From assembly GCA_950097015.1 (NCBI GenBank), contig CATNEN010000037.1:248001-312000 (forward strand): a stretch of 64,000 nt of DNA. The letters are read 5' to 3'. The position numbers and the translations under genes are program-made. The notes beneath the pieces were generated by a model. That model was not told the DNA's origin. It searched no databases and worked only from the letters and a program-made list of their open reading frames with translations. Below are positions 44,801-63,599 of this stretch, piece after piece. The DNA is from Macrostomum hystrix. Its lineage: Eukaryota; Animalia; Platyhelminthes. The stretch's first letter is position 1, and each line of letters starts with the position of its first letter.

Positions 44801-46485
44801 TTCCATACCTCATTTCTTAGAAATCCCATTTCTTCGATTCCTCATATAATAGAAATCCCACATCTTTGATACCTCATTTCTTCAGAATCCCACTTCTTCG
44901 ATACCTCATATAATAGAAATCCAGCTTCCTAATTGGCAGGATAAAATCCTTTCAATTCATCTTCAAAGTTAGCAAATATTTGAAGGTAAAACTACCAGAA
45001 AAGATACAGATCAGAGGTGAATTATACTGCATGACCAGACAATGTACTATTGTGACTAAGCCATCACGAATAGACAGAAGCCTGTAATACATTTTTGGTT
45101 TTCAATTTTCCGACTGACTCACTATTATGCGGCTTGATGCTAAAAATAGACAGACTACTTTGCAAGTAAGGTTTTCAGTAGTATCGGTATGAAATTTACA
45201 AATTCATGTTAAGCTCCATGAACTTCGCTTTTGCCAGTCTATGAAGCAGTCTTATTTCATTATTAGTTTTATAATCAGTATTCGACTGTGTACTTTGATG
45301 GAGTTGGTTTGCTATTTTAATAAATGTACACACACAGACACGCACATAAACTGTTGAATATTGTTTGCCAATAGTCTAAGTCTGTCTCACAATGTCTGTC
45401 TTGTGTAGAAAGCTGTTTTTTAAGGCGCCACTTCGACAAAAAAATGCCAAGACTACACACACTAATATAAGGCTAACGTGGCTTACTTAAAGACTGTACA
45501 ACAATTGTCGACAGTCTCAATGCATCAAAAGTAGCCAGTCAAATACACTCGAAACAACCCTTAGGCAAGAGAATGGCACTGTGAATAATATTCTATTCTA
45601 TGAGAAAAAACTGCTTCTTTTGTGATGTTGCTTGTTTGCAATATGCGATTGTAGTGGTCAGTGCCCTCAGGGCATATTGTAGTGTGTCGTAAATAGTAAT
45701 TACTGAGATTTCCGATTTACGAATACCTATTTTCGTCAGGCTTTTCTATAAACTGTGTGATGCACTGAATATTTTATTCGGACTTTCACACCAAGGTCCC
45801 TGAGCTCGATTCCGTGGCGAGGCCACATTCATTTGGGGCGCAGCCGCGGAGAGAAGGCTTTGGGGCTAGTCGTGCAATTTACGCCATTGAGGTTTAAACT
45901 CCAAGGCACAGTGAGAGTGTACACTGCCAGACGATGAGAAAGTCAGGGCAGATGTACAAACTTGTGTGAGCGTGTGCCTGCGTAGGGTATCTGTGTGCGT
46001 GTGTGCTCAGGAGTCAGCGATATCTGCAGATTGCGGGTCCAGTGTCATTAATGATGTGCCATTGCCCGCAGCCCTCCTGCAATTATGATATTATTAAAGG
46101 ACACAAATTATTCCAGTGTAGTAGGGAATCGAACCCCCGACATTAAAGTCGTGAGTCCGACGCTCTAACGACTAGACTACAACCCCTGATTTTAGATCAG
46201 ATTAACAATGCGTTTCAATGATGGCTCCCTCAGGAAAGTCTCCAAGACATAAAACCTGTAATTAAAGTGACCTCAATCAAATTTTAATCTTATACTGGTT
46301 TAGTTTTAATGAGCTTTGAAAAAAAATTGCAAATCCGTTGAAATAAACTAAAATTATATTATAAAAAGCGTGAAATTTCGGGTCTGTTTCCACCAGTATT
46401 TTTGTCCAGAGGTCCTTGGTCCAAGTAAAGTCTGTGAACTTACCTTTTGCGGAGCCGTGTCCGACCTCTCCTTAGTTATTGTCAT
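1..46485 (-). CDS. Ank2: Giant ankyrin (Ank2/unc-44-like): 24 ANK repeats, ZU5-ZU5-UPA, giant repeat-rich exons; 3' end lies beyond window start
   Basis: Spliced translation gives canonical ankyrin sequence ([81 protein letters not shown]|IDKTLE). I counted 24 ANK repeats. About 20 exons join with compatible phases except one post-UPA junction. Confidence 0.96.
3945..3984. repeat. (CGAGTCC)5 heptamer microsatellite
   Basis: Direct reading. Confidence 0.9.
4683..8816 (-). CDS. Ank2: Ankyrin giant exon A (about 4.1 kb, 1378 codons) with 27 Cys-containing tandem repeats
   Basis: ORF 4660-8856 (1398 aa). tttccttag acceptor, phase 1; GAA G|gtcagg donor, phase 1, or stop at 4660. Acidic Ser/Thr/Glu-rich composition typical of giant ankyrin exons. 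Confidence 0.85.
6288..8494. repeat. Coding minisatellite, 78-84-bp unit, 27 copies plus 1 degenerate
   Basis: 27 QVCPG motifs counted in the ORF translation, plus a terminal QICPS; indels are multiples of 3. Confidence 0.97.
9102..9605 (-). CDS. Ank2: Ankyrin exon with two E-rich/DG-x-x-basic motifs (C-terminal/obscurin-binding-like)
   Basis: tttcacccctcag acceptor (phase 1); ATA G|gtattt donor, or read-through to TAA at 9094; ORF 9094-9870. Confidence 0.75.
9840..10013 (-). mobile_element. SINE family B copy (tRNA-derived head + CORE/Meta-like body)
   Basis: Minus strand GGGGTTGTAGCCTTGTGGTTAAAGCG (box A) ... GGTTCGATTCC (box B) ... GTGTCTTTTAGCAAGACACTT...CACCCAGCTGTTAAATGGGTGCC; homologous copies elsewhere in the window. 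Confidence 0.8.
10818..11523. mobile_element. Non-autonomous foldback DNA transposon (MITE-like) with TTAA (or TA) target-site duplication
   Basis: TTAA|CAGTAGAACAACC ... GGTAGTCCTACTG|TTAA. Inverted arms about 10845-10940 / 11363-11470 and 10941-10982 / 11064-11108. Confidence 0.75.
13058..13087 (-). CDS. Ank2: Ankyrin 30-nt microexon ([10 protein letters not shown])
   Basis: ttccaattcgcag|GTGATTCTCAGGAGATCAACAGCCAGAGCG|gtgagt; phase 1/1. Confidence 0.55.
13190..13450. repeat. Degenerate GTGTACAC-containing minisatellite
   Basis: Repeated agtggtgtacac(ac/gc)tc... units, diverged. Confidence 0.7.
13687..13830 (-). CDS. Ank2: Ankyrin cassette exon ([13 protein letters not shown]...MMERDSTLA)
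   Basis: ctgttcag acceptor, GCT G|gtgagc donor; 144 nt, phase 1/1, open. Confidence 0.7.
15160..15515. repeat. Minisatellite, 26-bp unit (cagcatcaactcacccataaatacct), about 13 copies
   Basis: Direct reading. Confidence 0.95.
15608..15785 (-). CDS. Ank2: Ankyrin post-UPA exon ([25 protein letters not shown]...TDYPDE); 5' junction ambiguous
   Basis: Open acidic frame ending GAG G|gtgaga. The tttag acceptor at 15786 is out of phase by +1, implying either another extra base or use of the downstream aag|GC acceptor. Confidence 0.55.
15845..16415 (-). CDS. Ank2: Ankyrin exon, UPA domain and Pro-rich tail
   Basis: ttccag|ATCGACAAG (IDKTLE...REVEVLD...GNL...FKAFRENRL...[10 protein letters not shown]); ACA G|gtgagc donor. 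Confidence 0.93.
16521..17574 (-). CDS. Ank2: Ankyrin exon, ZU5A-ZU5B and start of UPA (spectrin-binding region)
   Basis: [14 protein letters not shown]...CRIIELGP...EVPHFASLR...[10 protein letters not shown]...[21 protein letters not shown]...WEDITG...SARFWL; cgcag acceptor, AAG|gtgagg donor. Confidence 0.97.
17780..18135 (+). mobile_element. SINE family A copy (tRNA-derived head, about 360 bp)
   Basis: Box A tggcagagcggtt, box B gagttcgattcc; body shared with copies at 28471, 45787, 51560, 62400 and 63945. Confidence 0.85.
18757..19388. repeat. Minisatellite, 16-bp unit (atgagacacgggagag), about 39 copies
   Basis: Direct reading. Confidence 0.97.
20229..20549. repeat. Minisatellite, 16-bp unit (atgagacaggggagag), about 20 copies; same family as 18757 array
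   Basis: Direct reading. Confidence 0.97.
20642..20778 (-). CDS. Ank2: Ankyrin exon immediately before ZU5 ([12 protein letters not shown]...RIPIVSG)
   Basis: ctccag acceptor, TCC GG|gtgagc donor. Phase 2 joins C TTC TTG to give [15 protein letters not shown], matching the ankyrin HSGFLVSF junction. Confidence 0.75.
21010..21905. repeat. Minisatellite, 18-21-bp unit (cctgaaacctccagcctcc)
   Basis: Direct reading. Confidence 0.97.
21938..22005 (-). CDS. Ank2: Ankyrin linker exon ([23 protein letters not shown])
   Basis: cattttag acceptor, AAG|gtaagt donor; phase 1 to 0. Confidence 0.65.
22459..22587 (-). CDS. Ank2: Ankyrin linker cassette exon ([23 protein letters not shown]...SRP)
   Basis: ctccactcag acceptor, CCT G|gtaatt donor; 129 nt, phase 1/1; ORF 22334-22603 frame. 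Confidence 0.6.
22941..23483 (-). CDS. Ank2: Ankyrin acidic linker cassette exon (181 codons)
   Basis: cacacag acceptor, GCT G|gtgggt donor; phase 1/1; in the ORF 22843-23478 frame; rich in Glu/Ser/Gln. Confidence 0.68.
24011..24193 (-). CDS. Ank2: Ankyrin linker exon ([17 protein letters not shown]...YTTGRL)
   Basis: aaaag acceptor, CTG G|gtaaat donor; 183 nt open in phase 1/1; GC-rich island in an AT-rich intron. Confidence 0.7.
24919..25102 (-). CDS. Ank2: Ankyrin exon, ANK24 and start of linker ([27 protein letters not shown]...MSESDDDA)
   Basis: ctgcag acceptor, GCA G|gtgaga donor; similar to the ankyrin ANK24 and MSDDE linker segment; phase 0 to 1. Confidence 0.85.
25270..25490. repeat. 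Minisatellite, 34-bp unit (caacggagaacagctcacacaatgaccgagtcaa), about 6 copies
   Basis: Direct reading. Confidence 0.9.
25540..25655 (-). mobile_element. Degenerate CORE-like SINE fragment
   Basis: Minus strand gggagttcgattt...gtgtccttgagcaag...ttccatctgtaaaatggg, resembling the CORE (MIR-type) domain. Confidence 0.55.
26287..26470 (+). mobile_element. SINE family B copy (box B deleted)
   Basis: gcgggcttgtagcctagtggtttgagcgttggactcacgact...gtgtcctttagcaaggcacttcactctgcatcgc...cccagctg. Confidence 0.75.
26520..27266 (-). CDS. Ank2: Ankyrin exon, ANK repeats 16-23
   Basis: caacag|GTTGCC...AATGGG|gtgagt; 747 nt; ORF 26490-27305. Confidence 0.97.
27504..28350 (-). CDS. Ank2: Ankyrin exon, ANK repeats 8-16, with +1 frameshift near 27995
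   Basis: ORFs 27862-28329 and 27489-27968 are consecutive ANK repeats in two frames. Removing one G (GTA GGCC AAG) gives [25 protein letters not shown]. Signals: aag|GCTCGG acceptor, GAG|gtgaga donor. Confidence 0.95.
28471..28840 (+). mobile_element. SINE family A full-length copy with 12-bp TSD
   Basis: agggtaaaccgt at 28459-28470 and 28841-28852; AT-rich 3' tail. Confidence 0.88.
29103..29678 (-). CDS. Ank2: Ankyrin exon, ANK repeats 2-7
   Basis: cag|AACGGTCTTAAC...TTCCAG|gtgaga; 576 nt; lies in the ORF 29025-29630 frame. Confidence 0.97.
30695..31330. repeat. Minisatellite, 12-bp unit (aaggatggtatc), about 53 copies
   Basis: Direct reading. Confidence 0.97.
31487..31567 (-). CDS. Ankyrin candidate internal alternative first exon ([27 protein letters not shown]) that bypasses ANK1
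   Basis: ATG followed by 27 open codons ending ACT|gtgagt. Phase 0 matches the acceptor at 29678 (NGLNALHL). Confidence 0.5.
32415..33020. repeat. Minisatellite, 15-bp unit (gagtagatagagggt and variants)
   Basis: Direct reading. Confidence 0.95.
33491..33511 (-). CDS. Candidate 21-nt microexon (LENLEQG), phase 0/0, between ANK1 and ANK2 exons
   Basis: gccttttttcatctcag|CTCGAGAATCTTGAGCAGGGT|gtgagtgag; frame-preserving, no stop. Confidence 0.4.
33830..34920. repeat. Minisatellite, 23-bp unit (ctgacacttgttgactgctcaat)
   Basis: Direct reading. Confidence 0.97.
35640..36570. repeat. Minisatellite, 17-bp unit (tctctatccacttctaa and variants)
   Basis: Direct reading; ends about 40 bp from the ANK1 exon donor. 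Confidence 0.95.
36610..36712 (-). CDS. Ank2: Ankyrin exon, ANK repeat 1 ([34 protein letters not shown]), with +1 frameshift near 36665
   Basis: tttctcag acceptor and GCG|gtgagt donor. ANK1 homology holds on both sides of a single extra base (AAC CTT CGCC AAG). Confidence 0.9.
37528..40070. repeat. Minisatellite, 25-bp unit, about 100 copies in three variant zones
   Basis: gttctagctgcgattcttgctaatg, then tttctagcttcgattcttgtttatg, then gttctagctgcgattcttgtctttg. Confidence 0.97.
40811..40846 (-). CDS. Ank2: Ankyrin candidate first coding exon ([12 protein letters not shown])
   Basis: gacATGG, 12 open codons, CAA|gtgagt donor, phase 0; joins [14 protein letters not shown]. Confidence 0.6.
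42100..42660. repeat. Minisatellite, 25-bp unit (ggttctagctgcgattcctgttaat), about 22 copies; same family as 37528 array
   Basis: Direct reading. Confidence 0.97.
43735..44100. repeat. Minisatellite, 19-bp unit (caggtgtacaacagtcaca)
   Basis: Direct reading. Confidence 0.95.
44570..44905. repeat. Minisatellite, 32-bp unit (gaaatcccactcattccatacctcatttctta), about 10 copies
   Basis: Direct reading. Confidence 0.93.
45787..46095 (+). mobile_element. SINE family A copy (5'-truncated)
   Basis: caccaaggtccctgagctcgattccgtggcgaggccacattc... homologous to the 17780 and 28471 copies. Confidence 0.85.
46096..46186 (-). mobile_element. SINE family B head fragment abutting the family A tail
   Basis: Minus strand ggggttgtagtctagtcgttagagcgtcggactcacgactttaatgtcgggggttcgattccc...tttgtgtcc. 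Confidence 0.75.
46444..46485 (-). CDS. Ank2: Ankyrin candidate distal first coding exon ([14 protein letters not shown])
   Basis: ggcATG followed by 14 open codons ending AAG|gtaagt (consensus donor). Phase 0 matches the ANK1 exon acceptor at 36712. Confidence 0.55.
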
Positions 46486-47526
46486 GCCAAAATCGTTTCT
46501 TTCACAATTTGAGTCGCTTTAATTTTTTGTTTGTCTTGCAATGTAAAGCTGTCGCTGCGAATGGCTCGGAGACAAGCGGGTGGGGTGGCTTATGCTAAGA
46601 AGTTTGGTTTCTTATTTAGACTCGCGCCTTAGAAATTGAGCAGGTCTGAGTCACGCGAGGCAACACCGGAGAGAAGCACGAGCCTTGGAAAGGAAATGAG
46701 AAGGAATGCACCTACAGAAAGGAACTCGTTTGCTCAAAGTTTGAAAATGAATTTTCCTGCGAAGAATAACGATGTTTATGTATAATACACGAAAAAGTAA
46801 AATTTAATTTTATCAGCCGCATTTTCAACTAAATTTTAATACCAAAAAGATAATTAAGAAACTTTACGCTACAAACTTTGTTGAAACTGTACAAGTGTTT
46901 TGGTTTTTAGGGACGAGATAGAAATGTTGTCGAGACATAGGGTAGGACAAGCAGTGCACTTTTGCTTTGGAAAATAAAAATGGCAAGTTTATAAAATCAC
47001 AAACGGACAGACGGGCATAGATTTACTCTACAACATTTACTTTTAGGGGAAAACAGTGCAGCGAAAAATGTAACTATAAAATCCTTTTTTTAATCAGAGA
47101 CACATCTGGATATTGCACAACGCGCGCTGTCAGTTCTATATAAAAAGGAATCTTAATTAGGTTTTCAAATGATGGTATTACAAGACATGATTACAGAAAA
47201 TTCGTTTAATACTATCTGCGGGGCAGCTTGATTAGCGATAGGAACAACACATTTTTGACAGCACAATAATAATGTGCTGCATCGGGGCGCATGGAAAAAA
47301 GTTGTGCTTGATGATTGGAGGTGATAAATGGTTAATCACGATTCAAATAAACAACATCGTGGTTCCTGTGTTCATCGTCTGGAAAGTCGGTTTTTGAAGT
47401 ACAACTGTGGAACTAGTAGTAAGAAAAAGCTTGACAAGAATGTGGTCACTGTTTGCGCAAAATACTATCAGTGTCTGAAAAGTGCACATTTCACAGATTT
47501 TCGCGCATTGTTTTTCCTACGTATCC

Positions 47527-57015
<9,489 letters not shown>

Positions 57016-57829
57016 GGTGGATGAGGCAGAGCTGCAGCTTGTCACTCTACGTCTTTCTTTATCGCCGCCTTTGCTAGAAATTTCCAAAGCAGCCTGAGAT
57101 GGCCGAACGCTCATTGGCTGACAAAGCCAGCCCATCCGATTCCGTTCATGAGCAGCAGAACGCCAAGGTCTCTAGCTCGATACGGTTGTCATAGTAACAA
57201 CAGCGCGGCTAGCTATCTGCCAAAAAAACTGAGAGGAAGAAAATTCCTACGCAAAAGAAAGATTGTGAAGTGGGCTCAAACTTAGCTTGAGGATGGTTCA
57301 GGAAATTCTTAAAATAATGCTGAGATCTGAAGATTTTACTGACATCCAGTATTAGTGGATTTCCATTCTTGGACGAGCGCGACGACAAAGCACTTTTCTG
57401 TGTAAGTTAGGAGCTGCACACAGATTTCTTATTGATCTGCCTGTAACTGACAATGTCTGCCTGTCGCCAACGGCCTCTGAAAGCGTGATCACTGTCACGC
57501 TGTGACAATATCCGATGGCATCGACCAGTAGGTTAACCATATCCGAGCAGTTAGAAGAGAGCACGAAAGAAGAGAAGCAAAAAATTCCATGGACAGCGAA
57601 CTTCAGGCTTCGAGCTTACAGACTCGTATGGGGCCACAAAAAAGTTCTCTAAATTTCCGCTGTTTCTTTCATAGCTTTTTAACCGTGCGTTTTTATGCGG
57701 TTACGACTTTCAGGTGTTAAGTAAGATTTATTATCGAAATAAAAAAAATACAATATACTAGGAGTATTATCAGTGAAAATTTGGAAACTTTGGGACGATG
57801 GAAGCTGTCGAAACACTGAAAGCTGTGAA

Positions 57830-59765
57830 AACTAACACTGGAAGATACCAAACACTGAAAGGTATCAAACACTGGAAGTTGTCAAACACTGGAAGGTATC
57901 GAACACTGGAAGGTATCAAACACTGGAAGGTATCAAACACTTGAAGATACATAACACTGGAAGGTGTCAAACACTGGAAGGTATCAAACACTGGAAGGTA
58001 TCAAACACTGGAAGATACATAACACTGGAAGGTATCAAACACTTGAAGATACATAACACTGGAAGGTATCAAACACTGGAAGATACATAACACTGGAAGG
58101 TATCAAACACTTGAAGATACATAACACTGGAAGGTATCAAACACTGGAAGGTATCAAACACTGGAAGGTGTCAAACACTGGGGAAGGTATCAAACACTGG
58201 AAGATACATAACACTGGAAGGTATCAAACACTGGAACGTATCAAACACTGGAAGGTATTAAACACTGGAAGGTATCAAACACTTGAAGATACATAACACT
58301 GGAAGGTGTCAAACACTGGAAGGTATCAAACACTGGAAGGTATCAAACACTGGAAGGTATCAAACACTGAAAAGTATCAAACACTGGAAGGTATCAAACA
58401 CGGGAAGATACATAACACTGGAAGGTATCAAACACTGGAAGATACATAACACTGGAAGGTATCAAACACTTAAAGATACATAACACTGGAAGGTATCAAA
58501 CACTGGAAGGTATCAAACACTGGAAGGTGTCAAACACTGGAAGGTATCAAACACTGGAAGATACATAACACTGGAAGGTATCAAACACTGGAACGTATCA
58601 AACACTGGAAGGTATTAAACACTGGAAGGTATCAAACACTTGAAGATACATAACACTGGAAGGTGTCAAACACTGGAAGGTATCAAACACTGGAAGGTAT
58701 TAAACACTGAAAGGTATTAAACACTGGAAGGTATCAAACACTGGAAGATACCAAACACTGGAAGGTATCAAACACTGGAAGGTATCAAACACTGGAAGGT
58801 ATCAAACACTGGAAGGTGTCAAACACTGAAAGGTATCAAACACTGGAAAGTATCAAACACTGAAAGGTATCAAACACTGGAAGATACCAAACACTGGAAG
58901 GTATCAAACACTGGAAGGTGTCAAACACTGAAAGGTATCAAACACTGGAAGGTGTCAAACACTGAAAGGTATCAAACACTGGAAAGTATCAAACACTGAA
59001 AGATATCAAACACTGGAAGGTATCAAACACTGGAAGGTATCAAACACTGAAAGGTGTCAAACACTTGAAGATACATAACACTGGAAGGTGTCAAACACTG
59101 GAAGGTACATAACACTGGAAGGTGTCAAACACTGGAAGGTATCAAACACTGGAAGGTATCAAACACTTGAAGATACATAACACTGGAAGATGTCAAACAC
59201 TGGAAGGTATCAAACACTGGAAGGTATCAAACACTGAAAGGTGTCAAACACTTGAAGATACATAACACTGGAAGGTGTCAAACACTGGAAGGTGTCAAAC
59301 ACTGGAAGGTATCAAACACTGGAAGGTATCAAACACTTGAAGATACATAACACTGGAAGGTATCAAACACTGGAAGGTATCAAACACTGGAAGATACCAA
59401 ACACTGAAAGGTATCAAACACTTGAAGATACATAACACTGGAAGGTGTCAAACACTGGAAGGTATCAAACACTGGAAGGTATCAAACACTTGAAGATACA
59501 TAACACTGGAAGATGTCAAACACTGGAAGGTATCAAACACTGGAAGATACCAAACACTGAAAGGTATCAAACACTTGAAGATACATAACACTGGAAGGTG
59601 TCAAACACTGGAAGGTATCAAACACTGGAAGGTATCAAACACCTGAAGATACATAACACTGGAAGATGTCAAACACTGGAAGGTATCAAACACTGGAAGG
59701 TATCAAACACTGAAAGGTGTCAAACACTGGAAGGTATCAAACACTGGAAAGTATCAAACACTGGG
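57830..59765. repeat. Minisatellite, 17-bp unit (ggtatcaaacactggaa), about 110 copies
   Basis: Direct reading; recurring gatacataacact variant. Confidence 0.97.
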
Positions 59766-60973
59766 AGGTGTAGAATAAAATGAAATAATTTTTCTAGATA
59801 CTTCTTCTCCATCGATCCTAATTAATAATCTAGCCACACGGCCAACCCTGGATCCACATCGTCAAGCGCAAAGCTTGAGGTGCACGGTGTCATGAGTGCC
59901 ATAAAATCAATGCTGCCAACTTCAACTCCCGCGGGCTGACCATTAGCACGCGAAATCCGATAGATGCCTGGCGAACCAATGAGCATGACCGGCTGTCTGT
60001 TGCCAACCTCCCCAAACCCACTTCCTCTAAGTTTCTTTGTTCGACTATTACCTTTCCGACGAAGGTTTAAGAGCTGAGTCCAGTGCTCACTGGACCGGCG
60101 GCCATCGCTTGCCTTAAGTGATAAGAACGCATTATAGGAGTGGAGTCCTAGGAATAGGAATAGGAATAGGAATGGGGCGAAAAGGCAGAGAGGAGGAACT
60201 CGCCTAGGAAGCTGACCCCCGTGCCCCACTCCGAGTCGATCAAGCGAAGCTTGCGCTATCCTTGGCTTCTTCCCTTGGCCTCGGAAGCAGGTAATTGAGT
60301 AAAAAGAAATTGGAGACTAAAAAGGTGGATAATTTCACTCTCAGTCTGGGAGAAAAAAAACAGTTCTAACAAAGAGAAGAGGATGTGAAGATGGTTGACG
60401 TGAAAGCGCCTTGCCATTCCCGTCCAACAGGATGAGGCATAAGGAAAAAGATTGTCTCAAATAGGGCTTGAAGCATTATTCGAAGCATTGGCACCTGGTC
60501 CTAGCGCTCAGACGTTTTGCACATCATCATCAAGCAAAATCCATCTGGGACATTTGTAAATCTAGCAAGCACTGGGCACAAGTGGTCTAACCAAAAACTA
60601 TAGAATATTTTATTAAGAATAGATTTTCTGTCAGAAAACGGAAATATAGATTATAGATTGATGTCGTTTATAAAAAGCGTATTAGTACATTTCGGTCACT
60701 CTAGTGCACTGTCTATGACCAAATTTTCTGATTGAATCAGAATGCATCAAGGCTCTAAACCACGGCTTGAAGTAATGCAAAGCTCATGACACGAGTGCGC
60801 GTAGCAATCTTCGATATTCGTGCCTACACAACGAAGTTACATTGTTTTTCTCCCTGTGCATCACAGGTCCTTAAGTTTTTCTTGATTTCTTATCGTTTTG
60901 TCTATATGGTAGTGTTCAGTGCCGTTCCGGAGGTGTGGGGTCGGAGGCTAACCTTTTCTATGGGACTTTGAAG

Positions 60974-61555
60974 GGGGCGAGTGGGTCAGCGGCTAGCGTC
61001 GCTGCCTTGCACTCCAATCGACGCTAGCTCGATTCTCCCTTAAAGTCACGAATAATTTCGGGACTTGTTGGAGGGTTTGGACAGTAGCGACCGGCGGAGG
61101 TGCACCACATTTCGTGCAATCAAAGCTTGAAATAATAGCTTCGCTCCTACCTTTCTGTGTGCCTGTTCTGCGTTGCGTGAGTTGTGTGCGTTGGCGCTGT
61201 GGCGTGAGGCATTGCGGGGGGTGGCTGGGGGGCGGGTGTACACCACCGCGCGCTTTCTGGATTTCCGTCAGCGCGATTGTATGTGTACACTTATCACCCG
61301 GCTCCCCCCTGAGGACTGATTTCTTATCAGCCTTCCGCCCCGGCTTGGTCTGCTCTGTGCGTGTGGGGCTGGGTGGGGAGCACTGCTGCCTATTCTGGGT
61401 GCCTCCTGCCCTCCCCGCTGGTCTGTGCTGCTGTGTGTGGTGCCTGCTCAGGGGAGGCGGCGCGATGGGCGCTAAGCGCCTAGTTCGCCGGTTTGGGGGC
61501 GTGCCACTCCGTCGCTTGTGCAACAAGTGCCCCGGGCCCCCCTGCAAATAGATAG
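60974..61555. mobile_element. Possible truncated retroelement insertion flanked by a 14-bp direct repeat
   Basis: atgggactttgaag at 60960-60973 and 61556-61569 brackets a GC-rich segment ending ...aaatagatag. Confidence 0.4.
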
Positions 61556-61892
61556 ATGGGACTTTGAAGAAGGTCAACGGAGGTTTATACTTGCCAGCGA
61601 GCTTTCTGTGCATTCGAGCAGGTATTTATAGCTTTTCTAAGAAATCGGGCATTCAACATCATTACAGAGAAAGAGTTTTTTTATGACTTTGAAGAACCTG
61701 GCAGGAAGTTTGCAAGCTAAAACTTATCCGTGCAATAATGCTATTGCTGCTCGGTATTGATGCACGGGCCATAGACAAACAATCAATAATTGACAGCCTG
61801 ATCTATGCTAAGAATTATAAGTTTCTGCTTTTGCTGTCTCAATTTAGCTGAGCAAGTCTCATTAAGTTTTGTTGATTAAGCTAGCAACAAAA

Positions 61893-63599
61893 ATGGGATT
61901 ATTTAGCCGCAAGACAGACTCAGAGAAGACCAGCCAGCTGCCCCAGTCGACGGTTTGGTCCGCGCTTCATCTGTTCCGGAGCAAGGAGAATAACCTATCT
62001 CAGTCAGCCTACAACTCGCACAAGCAGGAGCAAAAGCCGGAAGCCATTGCTTGCGATTCGTCAGGCCGGCTAGTTCCAACCTCAATGCCCATGTGCCGGC
62101 TGCAAAACAAACACAACTCTATGGTTCGCGCCGAACCTGAGAAAAAAGAGAGCACACTGCCGCAGCTGTGGCAGCATCAAATTCCCAGGTTTCATGTAGG
62201 ACCACGAGGCAGAACAGACGAAGAGACAGAACAGATTTCCAACACTAGCCTCGGTGGAGACCAGCAGGACGCCAAGATAAAACGTGGCGACTCTAAGTAT
62301 GTCTTTGTCTCTCAGGTAAGAGCAGGATAGATAATGAATGTGTGCGTATTAAAGAATATCCTGTAGGCCAGCTGGTTCTGACTCTGGTACGGATTTTGCT
62401 CTATAGTATTTGCAGAAGGTCTTTGGGCACTGACACAACATTTTGTGACAGTAGACCCGCAGCCAGCGAGGAGGCAGTTCTGCCCATTCCGCTGACTCCT
62501 GAACACACGCACACAGATACACACACACTTACACATACACCGGACTTTCTCATCGTCAGGCGGTGTACACTTTCAATGTCCCCATAGCCCCAAGCCTTCT
62601 CTCCGCAGCTGTGCCTGTAATGAATGTGGTCTTGCCGCGGAATCAAGCTCAGTGGCCTTGGTGCGATAGACAATGCGTTAAGCGCTATGGCTTCTTAAAT
62701 TTTTTTTAAGATCCGAAGATGTCAAAAGTTGAACTCTCGCGCCATGAGTCTCTTGTTCCCAGAGAGAACTATTGTGTTTTTCGCAATCGGAGTTTCAGCG
62801 ATCAACTAGACTGTCTTGAAAGGTGTACACCTCGCATCTTCAAGTTCTAAACAAAATTGTTTGGTTAACATTGAACAGTAATTGTCCGCCTCTGAACAAT
62901 GCTCTCTTTTGTTCATCTTTATTGAGGACGGAAATATCGTGGAGCGCGAGGTGAGCTGCTGGCCGTTTAGGGAGCGAGACAATCCGCTCACCCGCTACCG
63001 CCTGGCGGAGCCACACGCCAGTAGACACGGCAAGCGCTACAGACAGCGCTTGTATTATGCCGAAGCACCTTCTGAATCGAACGCGAAGCGCCGCGTTAAG
63101 ACGGGTCCCATTTACCTTCTGCCACGTCGCATAGTTGAGGAGAACAAACACCGACTATTAACTAGGTACAACTTTAACGACAACAGCATTAACGACAAAC
63201 CCAGTTGCGGTCCACAGGATGTTGACATCGGCGAGAAAGAACAGTCAAGCCTCATTGTTTGTCTTCAGAAGGTAATATATCACTGTCCATGTTGATAAGC
63301 TAGTAGCGTTATCTGAAGATAAAACGCTAAATTTTATTTGAAATTCGATGCAAGCAATAAAACAGTTTCACGCTGACACCTCGGCATCACCAATCTTTAC
63401 AATTGCAGGAGAAACTGCAAGCTGAAGCCCAGTAAGTTCCGAAGAATTCTATCTTAACCTCTGTAGCCAAAAAATTAAAACTTCAGACGAGTTAGACCAT
63501 TTATAAAGTCCAGAACCAATTCGAACTATAAGTTTTCTCACCGAACTACACTTCAGAGAATTCCTCAAATATATGAGCAAGCAGCAAGAAATGAAATAA
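61893..63599 (+). CDS. Putative unknown multi-exon gene (exons about 61893-62315, 62927-63271, 63409-63431, 63557-63599; possible further exon near 63680-63810)
   Basis: caaaaATGG start MGLFSRK; CAG|gtaaga and AAG|gtaata donors; ttgcag and cttcag acceptors with compatible phases. No family motif recognised. Confidence 0.38.
62400..62695 (-). mobile_element. SINE family A copy (reverse)
   Basis: Reverse complement of the family A body (cgcaccaaggccactgagcttgattccgcggcaag...gtgtacaccgcctgacgatgagaaagtc...ggctgcgggtctactgtca). Confidence 0.82.

Noticed and set aside
9940-46186. tRNA-like A/B box sequences (9940-10013, 17780-17870, 26287-26330, 46110-46186) as tRNA genes
   Set aside because: Acceptor and anticodon stems do not pair well, and each continues into a shared dispersed-repeat body, so these are SINE heads.
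59822-60229. 135-aa minus ORF upstream of mGluR
   Set aside because: No recognisable domain or splice boundaries; includes a GGAATA microsatellite.
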